Source: Trueperaceae bacterium (GTDB taxonomy: Bacteria; Deinococcota; Deinococci; Deinococcales; Trueperaceae). Taken from it: a stretch of DNA of 64,000 nt. A program made the translations under genes and the position numbers. The stretch lies in NCBI GenBank assembly GCA_965215565.1, contig CBDCDZ010000004.1, positions 1,824,001 to 1,888,000 of the forward strand. The letters run 5' to 3'. Positions 1-10,259 of the stretch are shown in pieces. Below the pieces are notes generated by a model. That model did no database searches. It had not been told where the DNA came from and saw nothing but the letters and a program-made list of their open reading frames with translations. The first letter of the stretch is position 1; each line of letters opens with the position of its first letter.

Positions 1-1
1 G

Positions 2-91
2 CTAGGGATTGAAATGCTTAACCGCGCCGTCGAAGAGGGCAAGCTCGACCCTGAACTGCTCACCGCCATCGAGGAGGAGCAGGGGAGCTAG
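2..91 (+). CDS. 3' end of a gene truncated by the window edge (LGIEMLNRAVEEGKLDPELLTAIEEEQGS*); product unknown
   Basis: Frame 2 is open with host-like codons up to TAG at 89-91. Confidence 0.5.
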   Translation, partial: LGIEMLNRAVEEGKLDPELLTAIEEEQGS

Positions 92-300
92 TTGTTCAGT
101 AGTAAGTAGGTTTAGACCCATGTTCGGACGAAGTATAGAGCACTATCTAGGGCTCAAGCCAACCTCTTCAACCCTTACGTCTTCGGATCTTGCGCCGACT
201 CGAAGAGGTAAACCTGCCGAATTCCTACTTATGTTGCGCATTGTACGTTTTACTGTACATCTAGTCATCTAAACCTCTTGTCAACAAAGCTTTACCCCTT

Positions 301-2160
301 ATGTCTATCTTTACCCCCGGCAACCTCATTGATGAACGCTACGAAATCACCGGCATCCTCGGGCAGGGGGGCACGGGTCAGGTTTACCGCGCTTATGACA
401 GGCATCTGGACCGCGACGTCGCCCTCAAAGCGCTTCGCCCGCACCTCACCGAAGCCGACGAGGGGCGCTTCAAGCGTGAAATCAAAGCGCTCGCCAAGCT
501 GAGCCATCCGGGAATCGTCAGCATCTACGACTTGGGGCGCGGCGAGCACGTCTACTTCGCGATGGAACTCGTCGCGGGGGGACCCTTTACGGACTTGGGA
601 CCGCTCGAGGGCGACTTAGAACCCCTGCTCACGCTGCTGGGTGCCGCCATCTCCGTCTGTGAAGCGCTCGCTTACGTCCACCATCACGGCATGGTCCACC
701 GTGACCTCACGCCGCGCAACATCCTCATGACGCTCCAGGGGCAGCCCAAAGTGATGGACTTTGGACTCGTACAACTCGCCGAGGCGAGTCGGCAGCTTAC
801 GCGCACGGGTTTTACACTCGGCACGCCCCAGTACATGGCTCCCGAGCAAGCCGAAGGGGGCGTTATCGGGGCGCACACCGACCTCTACGCGCTGGGCGCG
901 GTGCTCTACAAAACGGTGACGGGCGCGGCGCTCTTCGAGGCGGAAAGCGACCTCACGCTCCTCTATCAGCACGTTTACAGCGACTTCAGGGTGCCCACCG
1001 AGGTCAACCCGGCGGTGCCGCCGAGCTTGGGCAGGCTCATCAGCAGCCTGCTCGCTAAGGACCCCGCGCAGCGCCCCGCCTCGGGCTACCGCGTCGCCGA
1101 GGCGCTGCGCACGGTACGGGGCGAAGTGGCGCAAGGCGCGACGCGGCAGCGGCTCGGCGGACCGGGGCAACGGGGAGTGTTGAGCGGCGGTCCGCCCACG
1201 CCCAGCGCCCTGCAACGCGCCTGGCAAGTCAAGCTCGCCGAAGGTCCGCAGTGGCCCGCCGCCCTGACCGCCGCCGAAAACTTTGTGCTGCTCGGCACGC
1301 GGAGCGAAGAGGTCTACGTCTTGCACCCCGCTGACGGCGGCGTGCAGGCGCGTTTTCGCGCTGAGGACGAGGTCAATAGCCCGGTAGTCTGCAGCGGGGG
1401 GCGGCTCTACTACACGAGTCGCGGCGGGGCGCTGAGCGCGCTGCATTGGCCCAGTGGCGCGCGCGCCTGGGAGGACGAAGAGGCGGGCGCGGTGGGCATC
1501 CTTCCCTATGCTGACGACCTCTTCGTGGCGGCGGAAGGGGGCCTCGAGCGGCGCACGCACGAGGGCGAAACGCGGTGGCGTTACGACCTCGCCGGGGACG
1601 CGCCCGCTACCGCGCCAACGCTACACCACACACAGGTTTGTGTCGTCACGCACGGGGGCTGGTTGCACAGCGCCGACGCCTCTACGGGGGAAGGGAAGTT
1701 CAAGCTCGAGCTGGGGGCTATCGCCGCGCAACCTGCCGCCAAAGGCGATATTCTGCTCCTCCCCGAACGCAGCGGCGACCTGCACGCCTTTCACACCGAA
1801 CGCTTAGAGGTCCTCTGGACCTACGACATGGAGGGGCAGCTCTGGGCGTCGCCGCTTCTCTGGGGACCCTACGTCTACGCGGTTTCGTGGGCAGGCGTGA
1901 TGCGCTGCTTGTCGCTTCAGACGGGCGACGACGTGTGGGCATATGAAATCGGCGCGAAGGTCACGGCTGCGCCGATTCTAGCGGGCGGCGTGCTCTATAT
2001 CGCCACCGAAGAGGGTGAAGTGATCGCCTTGGACGCGCGGAGCGCTCAGCACCTCTTCACGGACCGCGTGAGCGCTGCGCCCATTCAGGCGAGCCCGCTG
2101 GTCATCGGAGAAACGCTCGTGGTAGCGGCGCTCGACGGGACGGTGCGGGCATACCGATAA
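301..2160 (+). CDS. Hanks-type Ser/Thr protein kinase with C-terminal PQQ-like beta-propeller (AfsK-like architecture)
   Basis: Kinase motifs LGQGGTGQVY, VALK, HRDLTPRNI, DFG and GTPQYMAPE; repeated W-ending PQQ-type blades in the C-terminal half. Confidence 0.92.
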   Translation: MSIFTPGNLIDERYEITGILGQGGTGQVYRAYDRHLDRDVALKALRPHLTEADEGRFKREIKALAKLSHPGIVSIYDLGRGEHVYFAMELVAGGPFTDLGPLEGDLEPLLTLLGAAISVCEALAYVHHHGMVHRDLTPRNILMTLQGQPKVMDFGLVQLAEASRQLTRTGFTLGTPQYMAPEQAEGGVIGAHTDLYALGAVLYKTVTGAALFEAESDLTLLYQHVYSDFRVPTEVNPAVPPSLGRLISSLLAKDPAQRPASGYRVAEALRTVRGEVAQGATRQRLGGPGQRGVLSGGPPTPSALQRAWQVKLAEGPQWPAALTAAENFVLLGTRSEEVYVLHPADGGVQARFRAEDEVNSPVVCSGGRLYYTSRGGALSALHWPSGARAWEDEEAGAVGILPYADDLFVAAEGGLERRTHEGETRWRYDLAGDAPATAPTLHHTQVCVVTHGGWLHSADASTGEGKFKLELGAIAAQPAAKGDILLLPERSGDLHAFHTERLEVLWTYDMEGQLWASPLLWGPYVYAVSWAGVMRCLSLQTGDDVWAYEIGAKVTAAPILAGGVLYIATEEGEVIALDARSAQHLFTDRVSAAPIQASPLVIGETLVVAALDGTVRAYR

Positions 2161-2179
2161 AGGGCGAGGTCACTTCTAT

Positions 2180-2376
2180 TAGCAGGTATCATCTGGTTTG
2201 AGTGAACGAAGTTATGCGAAGCAACGCGCTCACTTGATGAAACGACGTTTCGCTTTGCGAAAAGTGCCTAACTAGCACGCACATTCGATGATGAAATCCC
2301 GCAACGCTGCCCGTAACGCTAGTCCTTGCGGACAGAGACCTGCGCTTATCCGTCTCAGTATGTCTTGGAACTGCTA
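2180..2376 (+). mobile_element. MITE-like repeat, copy A (long form)
   Basis: Starts TAGCAGGTATCATCTGG and ends CTCAGTATGTCTTGGAACTGCTA; close match to the copy at 30328-30513. Confidence 0.8.
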
Positions 2377-2444
2377 TATACCACCGCGCTCAGTGGCCGT
2401 AAACCCCCTCCACACTGCTATCCCCCTCGTGATAGCGTTGAGGG

Positions 2445-2705
2445 ATGAACCACGTTTTTGTCTGCTTCGGTAAAAGCTGCGTTAAGCGCGGCGCAAGGGA
2501 TGTCGCACAGACCTTACGCGCCGAGTTCGAGCGTGAAGGTGTCCCTGCCGAGGTGCACCGCCACACCTGCTTCGACCTCTGTAAGATGTCCTGTAACGCG
2601 CTGCTCGATCACGGCGAGCGGCGCATCTATACGAATATCCATCCCAAAACCGCCGATAAAGTAGCGGCGAAGATAGTCGAGGGATTAGAAGAAGTTGCCG
2701 CTTAA
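2445..2705 (+). CDS. Thioredoxin-like (2Fe-2S) ferredoxin
   Basis: VFVCFGKSCVKRGA...CFDLC cysteine pattern; TAGCGT -10 box 6 nt upstream of the ATG. Confidence 0.8.
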   Translation: MNHVFVCFGKSCVKRGARDVAQTLRAEFEREGVPAEVHRHTCFDLCKMSCNALLDHGERRIYTNIHPKTADKVAAKIVEGLEEVAA

Positions 2706-2876
2706 CACAGGTCTCAACTCGAGGAGAGCGAGTCTTCATCCACTGCCATATAAAAGACGCCTTGATGGTTATGGGTATTGATGATCAAGTAGTACCGAGG
2801 CAACTAGAGGACAGCACACCTTTCTTCGTGAAACGGCGTGCCGTCCTCTAAGCGAGAGCTTTAGTGAAAAATTGGC

Positions 2877-2906
2877 AAAAAAAGGGCGCTGCGACTGCAG
2901 CGCCCC
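2877..2906 (-). terminator. Rho-independent terminator of the fasciclin gene
   Basis: GGGCGCTGC/GCAGCGCCC stem followed by a T run on the minus strand. Confidence 0.75.
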
Positions 2907-2927
2907 TTAAAGTTGAGTCGGCGGTGT

Positions 2928-3593
2928 TTAGTTACTACCACCTGTGGAGCCGCCTGTGCTACCTCCCGTAGAGGAACCACCCGTAGAGCCGCCCGTGCTC
3001 GAGGGCAAAAGCACCGTATCGATCACGTGGATAACCCCGTTCGAAGCTTCGATATCGGTTGAAGTGATGGTTGCGTCGCCGATCATGGGGCTGCTGCCGG
3101 AGGTGCTGATGGGCAGCTCCTGACCGTTGAGCATCAAGACTTCGGAAAAACCTGTGATCTCCGAGGCGGGATATTCGCCCGAAACCACGTGATTTTGGAG
3201 CAGGTTAGCGAGCTGGTCCAAGTCGCCGAGAATGGCGTTGAGTTCATCCGAGGGAAGCGCTTCGAAGGCTTCATTGGTAGGCGCGAAAACGGTGAAGGGA
3301 CCGCCGCTCGAAAACTCTTCGGTCAAGCCTGCCGCGTTGAGCGCGTCTAAGAGCGTGCTGAACTGCGAGTCGCCCGAAACGATATCGGCGATGCTCTGGC
3401 CCGACTGTGAACCGCCGGTTTCGCCACCTGTAGACGAGCCGCCCGTCGAGCTACCGCTCATGCCGCCGGTTTCGCCGCCTGTCATACCGCCGCCTGTTTC
3501 GGACATACCGCCCGTCATGCCGCCCGTATCTTGCGCGAGCGCCAAGCCCAGCGTTAGCGCGAGTCCTGAGAGTAAAATAGCTAGTTTTTTCAT
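2928..3593 (-). CDS. Secreted fasciclin (FAS1) domain protein with Gly/Ser/Thr-rich tails
   Basis: Signal peptide; FAS1 motifs TVFAPTNEAF and NGVIHVIDTVL; TGGM and STGGS repeats; AGGAG RBS. Confidence 0.9.
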   Translation of the reverse strand: MKKLAILLSGLALTLGLALAQDTGGMTGGMSETGGGMTGGETGGMSGSSTGGSSTGGETGGSQSGQSIADIVSGDSQFSTLLDALNAAGLTEEFSSGGPFTVFAPTNEAFEALPSDELNAILGDLDQLANLLQNHVVSGEYPASEITGFSEVLMLNGQELPISTSGSSPMIGDATITSTDIEASNGVIHVIDTVLLPSSTGGSTGGSSTGGSTGGSTGGSN

Positions 3594-4147
3594 GTTGTCT
3601 CCTAGTATTGACGCGCTAGCTTAGTGGTTTGACGATGCTGAGACCCTAGCGCGAAGAGGTCCCCCCGTAGCTTTTCCACTATGTACCATACCGGCACATG
3701 TGTGAATTATTTTATAGAAAAGATGAGAACTATGATGCGCGGCTCACAATTTCGTGTTTAATCTAACATTGACAGGGACAACTTCAGCCCCTCGTGAGCC
3801 ACACGTAGTAGGGAGAAGAGGCGGCCAAAACGGCGTTTGCCGAAGCTCGAGCGTGCGTAGAGAACTCGCGAAATGGCAGAAGCAAGTTAATGAAAATGCA
3901 CCGCGAAACTCAAGTGTTCGAGAAGGGTCATTCGGCTCGAGCCTACTCGGTTCAGTCTGTTTGGGCGGCCTAACCTCACCAAGTTAGCGAGTTAGCAGGA
4001 ACGCGGTGATGCAACCTTTCGCAAAGACACCAACGCGAACCATGCGACTTCACGCCGCTACAGCGTCACTCATTGCTGCTACCACTGGCTGAAGACTCTT
4101 CGCTTGAGGTCAACGCGACACCTTCACACTTGCTTTGGAAACGGTAT

Positions 4148-4957
4148 TTACGCCTCGCTCTTATCCTGACTCACAACCGGGCTCAGATGCGCCTGAATCC
4201 GCTTTACCAAGTCCCTCGGGTTAAAAGGTTTTTCGATAAAGGCTTGCGCGCCTAGCTTCATGCCCCGTTCGATCTGCTCTTCGCGGCGCAACGACGAGAG
4301 GATGAAAACGGGCACGTCGGAGCGCTCGCGGATGAGTTGCAACAGCTCGAAGCCCGTGCCACCCGGCAAATTCACGTCTAAAAGGACGAGGTTCATCTGG
4401 TCCAAATGCTTGGTGATGAGCGAGCGTGCTTGCGGCACGTTTTCGGCGCTCCGAACGAAGTAGCCCTGCCGCCCCAGAATATCGCCGATAAGTCCGCGCA
4501 GGGCAGCACTGTCCTCAACAATGAGCACATTCGGGCGCGCGTCTTGCTGACCGTGCATGGTGATATCGGTGCGCGTGGCTTTGGGCGGCTCCTTGATAAG
4601 CGAGCGCACCGCGCCCAACAGCTCTTTGCTGCCGAAAGGCTTGCTCAGCACCTCGTCGAGGCGAACGTCCGAGTCGTCGAGCGCGCGCTGCTCGTTGCGC
4701 GTCGCTAGCATTAAGATAGGCACGTTCTCTAAGCGCGGCACGCGGCGCATCCGCCCCGCCACCTCTAAGCCGCTAATATGCGGCATTGTCGCCCCTAAAA
4801 TAACAAGCTCCGGGGTGCTCTGCTGCAAGTGCGAGAGCGCTTCGTGACCGTTCCTAGCGAGGGTGACGGTGTAGTCTCTCGAGATAAGCACGATCTCGAC
4901 AAGGTCGAGAATCTTGGGATCGTGTTCAGCCACGAGCACGGTGGGATTCTCTGCCAT
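4148..4957 (-). CDS. Tandem receiver-domain response regulator with no output domain
   Basis: Two CheY-like domains; the second has IVED, LLDVNLPG and KPF; the first has G at the phosphoacceptor position. Confidence 0.85.
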   Translation of the reverse strand: MAENPTVLVAEHDPKILDLVEIVLISRDYTVTLARNGHEALSHLQQSTPELVILGATMPHISGLEVAGRMRRVPRLENVPILMLATRNEQRALDDSDVRLDEVLSKPFGSKELLGAVRSLIKEPPKATRTDITMHGQQDARPNVLIVEDSAALRGLIGDILGRQGYFVRSAENVPQARSLITKHLDQMNLVLLDVNLPGGTGFELLQLIRERSDVPVFILSSLRREEQIERGMKLGAQAFIEKPFNPRDLVKRIQAHLSPVVSQDKSEA

Positions 4958-5324
4958 CACGTTACCCGGACGAGGGAAAATGTGACCGAGAGGGTAGAGA
5001 AAAGAGCCATACGTGCTAGTTTACCGCACCTTGGGAAAATTAAGCCGAGATGTGAAGTTCATAGCATTTCCGCGTCACGCTGAGACGAGTCGGCGCGAGC
5101 GACGGCACCATTGCACGAAGTGAAGTCACGTGGTTCGCGCTAGCACCTCCAAGGTTGTGTTTCGCAAAGGCGAAAACTTCATAACACTGCGTTCTCACTA
5201 GCTGCCGAGGGCTTTTTGCTCAGCAAAAGCGTGAGCTGGGAAGCTTCCCGTCTCCCCTTTCGCAGGGGGTCTATTGTGCGCGTAGTACGCACGTGGGGGG
5301 CAAAGATGAGGATATAGTAGAGCG

Positions 5325-5924
5325 ATGAGCCCACCTCTTGGCTACGGGCGCGTCATCCTCAAGCCACTCGCTGAGCTGGAGCAGAGCGCTTGGCGGCGCG
5401 TTTATGAACACTTCCGCGACCCCGAGATCGCGCACCTAAACGGTACCCCGCCGAGCCGGATGCCCCTCTGGTTACTTAAACGCATCCTCAAGGCGGACAG
5501 CCGCCGCAGTGACCGCGCGACGTTTGGCATCTTCGACGTGTCGGGTGATGTGTCAGGCGCGGACGATGAAGTTTATATCGGTACGATTGAGCTTTACGAC
5601 ATTAAGCGCACCGAGGCGACGCTAGGTATCATCATTGGGGAGAGGACGCACTGGGGCAAGGGCTTCGGTCCCGAGGCGGTTCGGGCGCTTTTACAGTACG
5701 CCTTTGAGGAGCTTTGTTTAGAGCGCGTGACGCTCAGTACGTTTGAGGACAACCCGAGGGCGCAGAGCGCCTTTAAGAAGGTGGGCTTCGTGGAGCGTCG
5801 GCGCGTGCCCGCCGGAAAAGGGCGTACGGACGTGCAGATGGAACTAAGGAGGGGGCGCTGGTTAGCGGAACAGCGTGCAAGTTTGGAAGAGGTAGGTTCA
5901 GAAGAAGCTGAGGCGAGTCGGTAG
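5325..5924 (+). CDS. GNAT N-acetyltransferase, RimJ/RimL family
   Basis: HWGKGFGPEA acetyl-CoA motif and NPRAQSAFKKVGF; TATAGT 6 nt upstream of the ATG. Confidence 0.88.
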   Translation: MSPPLGYGRVILKPLAELEQSAWRRVYEHFRDPEIAHLNGTPPSRMPLWLLKRILKADSRRSDRATFGIFDVSGDVSGADDEVYIGTIELYDIKRTEATLGIIIGERTHWGKGFGPEAVRALLQYAFEELCLERVTLSTFEDNPRAQSAFKKVGFVERRRVPAGKGRTDVQMELRRGRWLAEQRASLEEVGSEEAEASR

Positions 5925-6058
5925 CTTGTGGGTAGCAATGCGTTCCGAGCAGCGAGCAAAAACCTTTAGGCTCGCTACTCGCTGCTTTCAACTCACAACT
6001 AAACCATCACTGTAAATCCCCGGGAGACTCCAGAGCCGCGTAAACCTTATACTAAGAC

Positions 6059-6349
6059 ATGTCCAAACGCTCGAGAAAACAGCGCAAAGCGTCGCAAGCC
6101 GAGTCGAAGGAGGCGCGCCGCGTCACGGCGGGCAAACTCTTCCGCTTGTTCCTTAAATCGCTTGTATTCGCCCTTTTAGTCGCGCTCGTCGTGATGGTGT
6201 TAGAACTCGTGGGCTTGTCGGCGACGCAGAACTTCTGGATGCAACTGCTCATCATGCTCGCGGTGTATATCCCCTTCTACCCCTTTATCATGAGCGAGTT
6301 TAGACCTCAAAGGTCAAGGAGCGCTAAAGACATCGGCGGGAGCAAGTAA
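6059..6349 (+). CDS. Small two-TM membrane protein, probably co-transcribed with the histidine kinase
   Basis: Basic N-terminus and two hydrophobic helices; TATACT 5 nt upstream; 3 nt gap to the next gene. Confidence 0.75.
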   Translation: MSKRSRKQRKASQAESKEARRVTAGKLFRLFLKSLVFALLVALVVMVLELVGLSATQNFWMQLLIMLAVYIPFYPFIMSEFRPQRSRSAKDIGGSK

Positions 6350-6352
6350 ACC

Positions 6353-8236
<1,884 letters not shown>

Positions 8237-8239
8237 GGT

Positions 8240-10024
8240 TTAGCGGGGCGCAAAGAAATCCTTCACCGCCTCCGCCGCGTTACGCCCAACGCCTGGAATA
8301 TTCGCCAACTCTTCGATATCAGCGCTCTTGAGTTGGTCGACGCTCGAGAAGTGCGCCAAGAGCGCGTCTCGGCGCTTAGGTCCAATGCCCGGCACGTCGT
8401 CTAAGATGCTCTTGGTCATCGCCGCGCCGCGCTGCTTGCGGTTATAGCCGACAGCGGTGCGGTGCGCCTCGTCGCGGATATTGATGAGCATACGCAGGGC
8501 GGGGTGCGTTTCGGGCACGAGGATGGGTCCGGCCCCCTCGCGGATGATGGTCTCTTGCTTCTTGGCGAGCCCGAGCATAGGAATGTCGATGCCCGCCTCT
8601 TTGAGCGCCCGCCGCGCACTGGAGAGTTGCCCTTTGCCGCCGTCGATGAGCAAGAGGTCGGGCGTGGGCATTTTGTCCGCTAATGAGCCCGTGAAGCGGC
8701 GATAGATCACCTGGTGCATCGAGTAGAAGTCGTCGGGTTGCTCGAGCCCGGTGATACGCATCTTCCGGTACTCGCTCTTGCGCGAACGTCCACCCTCGAA
8801 GACGACGATAGAGGCGGTCGTGTGCGTCCCCATCAGGTTGGAGATGTCATAGCCTTCGATGCGGTAGGGGGGGTTCTCCAACTCGGCGAGTTGCTGCAAC
8901 TCCTTGACGCCAGGGGCTTCGCCGCGTTTCTCTAAGAGCGCCAACTCAGCCTCCAACCCCGTCGCCGCGTTGCGTTCCGCCATCGCCATGAGTTCTAACT
9001 TGTCGCCGCGTTGTGGCAAGCGCAACTCCACCCTCTTCCCTGCTCGTTCGCTTAGGAATGTCTGCCAGATGTCCATATCGACTTCATTGGGAATGAGGAT
9101 GAGGGGCGGAAGGCGCATCGCTTGAGCATAGTAGTCCGCCATGAAGCGCTCTAAGATTTCAGCGGGGGTCGCGTCGTCGGCGTTGGTCAAAAAGCGCTTG
9201 TCGCGCCCGACCACGCGCCCGCGACGCATTTGAAAAAGCTGCACCATCGCGTAGTTACCCGCTTGGGTCAAACCTAAGAAGTCCAAGTCGTCATCCGTTG
9301 CGCGAGCAACGTCCGAGTCATAGCCCGTGAGCCGCTGAAGCGCCTGGATGCGGTCGCGGTAGATTTTGGCGAGTTCGAAGTCCTGCCTCTGCGCCGCCTC
9401 GCGCATCTCCGTTTTGAGTTGCTCGGCGGTCTCCGCGACGTTGCCCTCCAAGAATGTTTTGACCTGTTTGACAACTTTCGCGTACTCCTCGGGCGTCGTC
9501 TCGCCGACGCAGGGTGCTAAGCAGCGGCCCATGTGAAAGCGCAAACAGGGCTTTTTGCGCCGCTTCATCGGGTAGCCGCTGTTCTGCCGCAGGGGAAAGA
9601 CCGACGCTACGAGGTCTTGTACACGTCGCACCGAGCCGGGGTTGGGGTAGGGTCCGAAATAGGTCGCACCGTCCTTGAAGACGCGCCGCGTGAACATGAG
9701 CATTGGGTACGCTTCATTGGTGAGTTTCAAAAAGGGGTAGCTCTTGTCGTCCTTTAAGAGCACGTTGAAGTGCGGCTTGTAGCGCTTGATGAGGTTGGCT
9801 TCTAGGATAAGCGCCTCAACTTCACTCTTGGTGACGATAAACTCTAAGCGCTCTGCCCCTTCACGAATCAGCCGCGCTTTTTTCTCCGCTGCTTGGTTGA
9901 AATAGCTCCGCACGCGGCTGCGCAAGTTGATAGCTTTGCCGACGTAGATGACTTCATCGTCGCTCGAGTGATAGAGGTAGCAGCCAGGTTGCGTAGGGAG
10001 TACGGGAAGGTCGTCTGCGGTCAT
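8240..10024 (-). CDS. uvrC: Excinuclease ABC subunit C
   Basis: GIY-YIG region (PGCYLY...YVGKAINLRSRVRSYF), UVR motif, RNase H-like YDIS/DDF/IDGGKGQ and HhH GIGPKRR; likely start MTADDLP at 10024. Confidence 0.97.
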   Translation of the reverse strand: MTADDLPVLPTQPGCYLYHSSDDEVIYVGKAINLRSRVRSYFNQAAEKKARLIREGAERLEFIVTKSEVEALILEANLIKRYKPHFNVLLKDDKSYPFLKLTNEAYPMLMFTRRVFKDGATYFGPYPNPGSVRRVQDLVASVFPLRQNSGYPMKRRKKPCLRFHMGRCLAPCVGETTPEEYAKVVKQVKTFLEGNVAETAEQLKTEMREAAQRQDFELAKIYRDRIQALQRLTGYDSDVARATDDDLDFLGLTQAGNYAMVQLFQMRRGRVVGRDKRFLTNADDATPAEILERFMADYYAQAMRLPPLILIPNEVDMDIWQTFLSERAGKRVELRLPQRGDKLELMAMAERNAATGLEAELALLEKRGEAPGVKELQQLAELENPPYRIEGYDISNLMGTHTTASIVVFEGGRSRKSEYRKMRITGLEQPDDFYSMHQVIYRRFTGSLADKMPTPDLLLIDGGKGQLSSARRALKEAGIDIPMLGLAKKQETIIREGAGPILVPETHPALRMLINIRDEAHRTAVGYNRKQRGAAMTKSILDDVPGIGPKRRDALLAHFSSVDQLKSADIEELANIPGVGRNAAEAVKDFFAPR

Positions 10025-10039
10025 GCGATCCTTATTATA

Positions 10040-10150
10040 TAGCAGTTCCAAAACATATTGAGACAGAATGCCGCAGATATCATCTCCGAAAGTGGGTGCT
10101 CATCAATGTTTTCTACAGTGAGCGTGTTTCAAACCAGATGATACCTGCTA
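10040..10150 (-). mobile_element. MITE-like repeat, copy B, abutting the uvrC -10 box
   Basis: Reverse-complement copy TAGCAGTTCCAAAACATA...CCAGATGATACCTGCTA. Confidence 0.8.
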
Positions 10151-10259
10151 ATACCGTTACACGCGGCGCGCAGCGTTTCCGTCAGTTACGCGGCGTGCAA
10201 AAGAAAGGAGCGGGAAACACCCTCTCTCCCGCTCTCAGCCGTTCAACCTTGGATTAGAC

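Noticed and set aside
10025..10200. Radiation/desiccation response motif (RDRM) upstream of uvrC
   Set aside because: No convincing 17-bp TTATG...CGTAA-type palindrome; the region is occupied by MITE copy B
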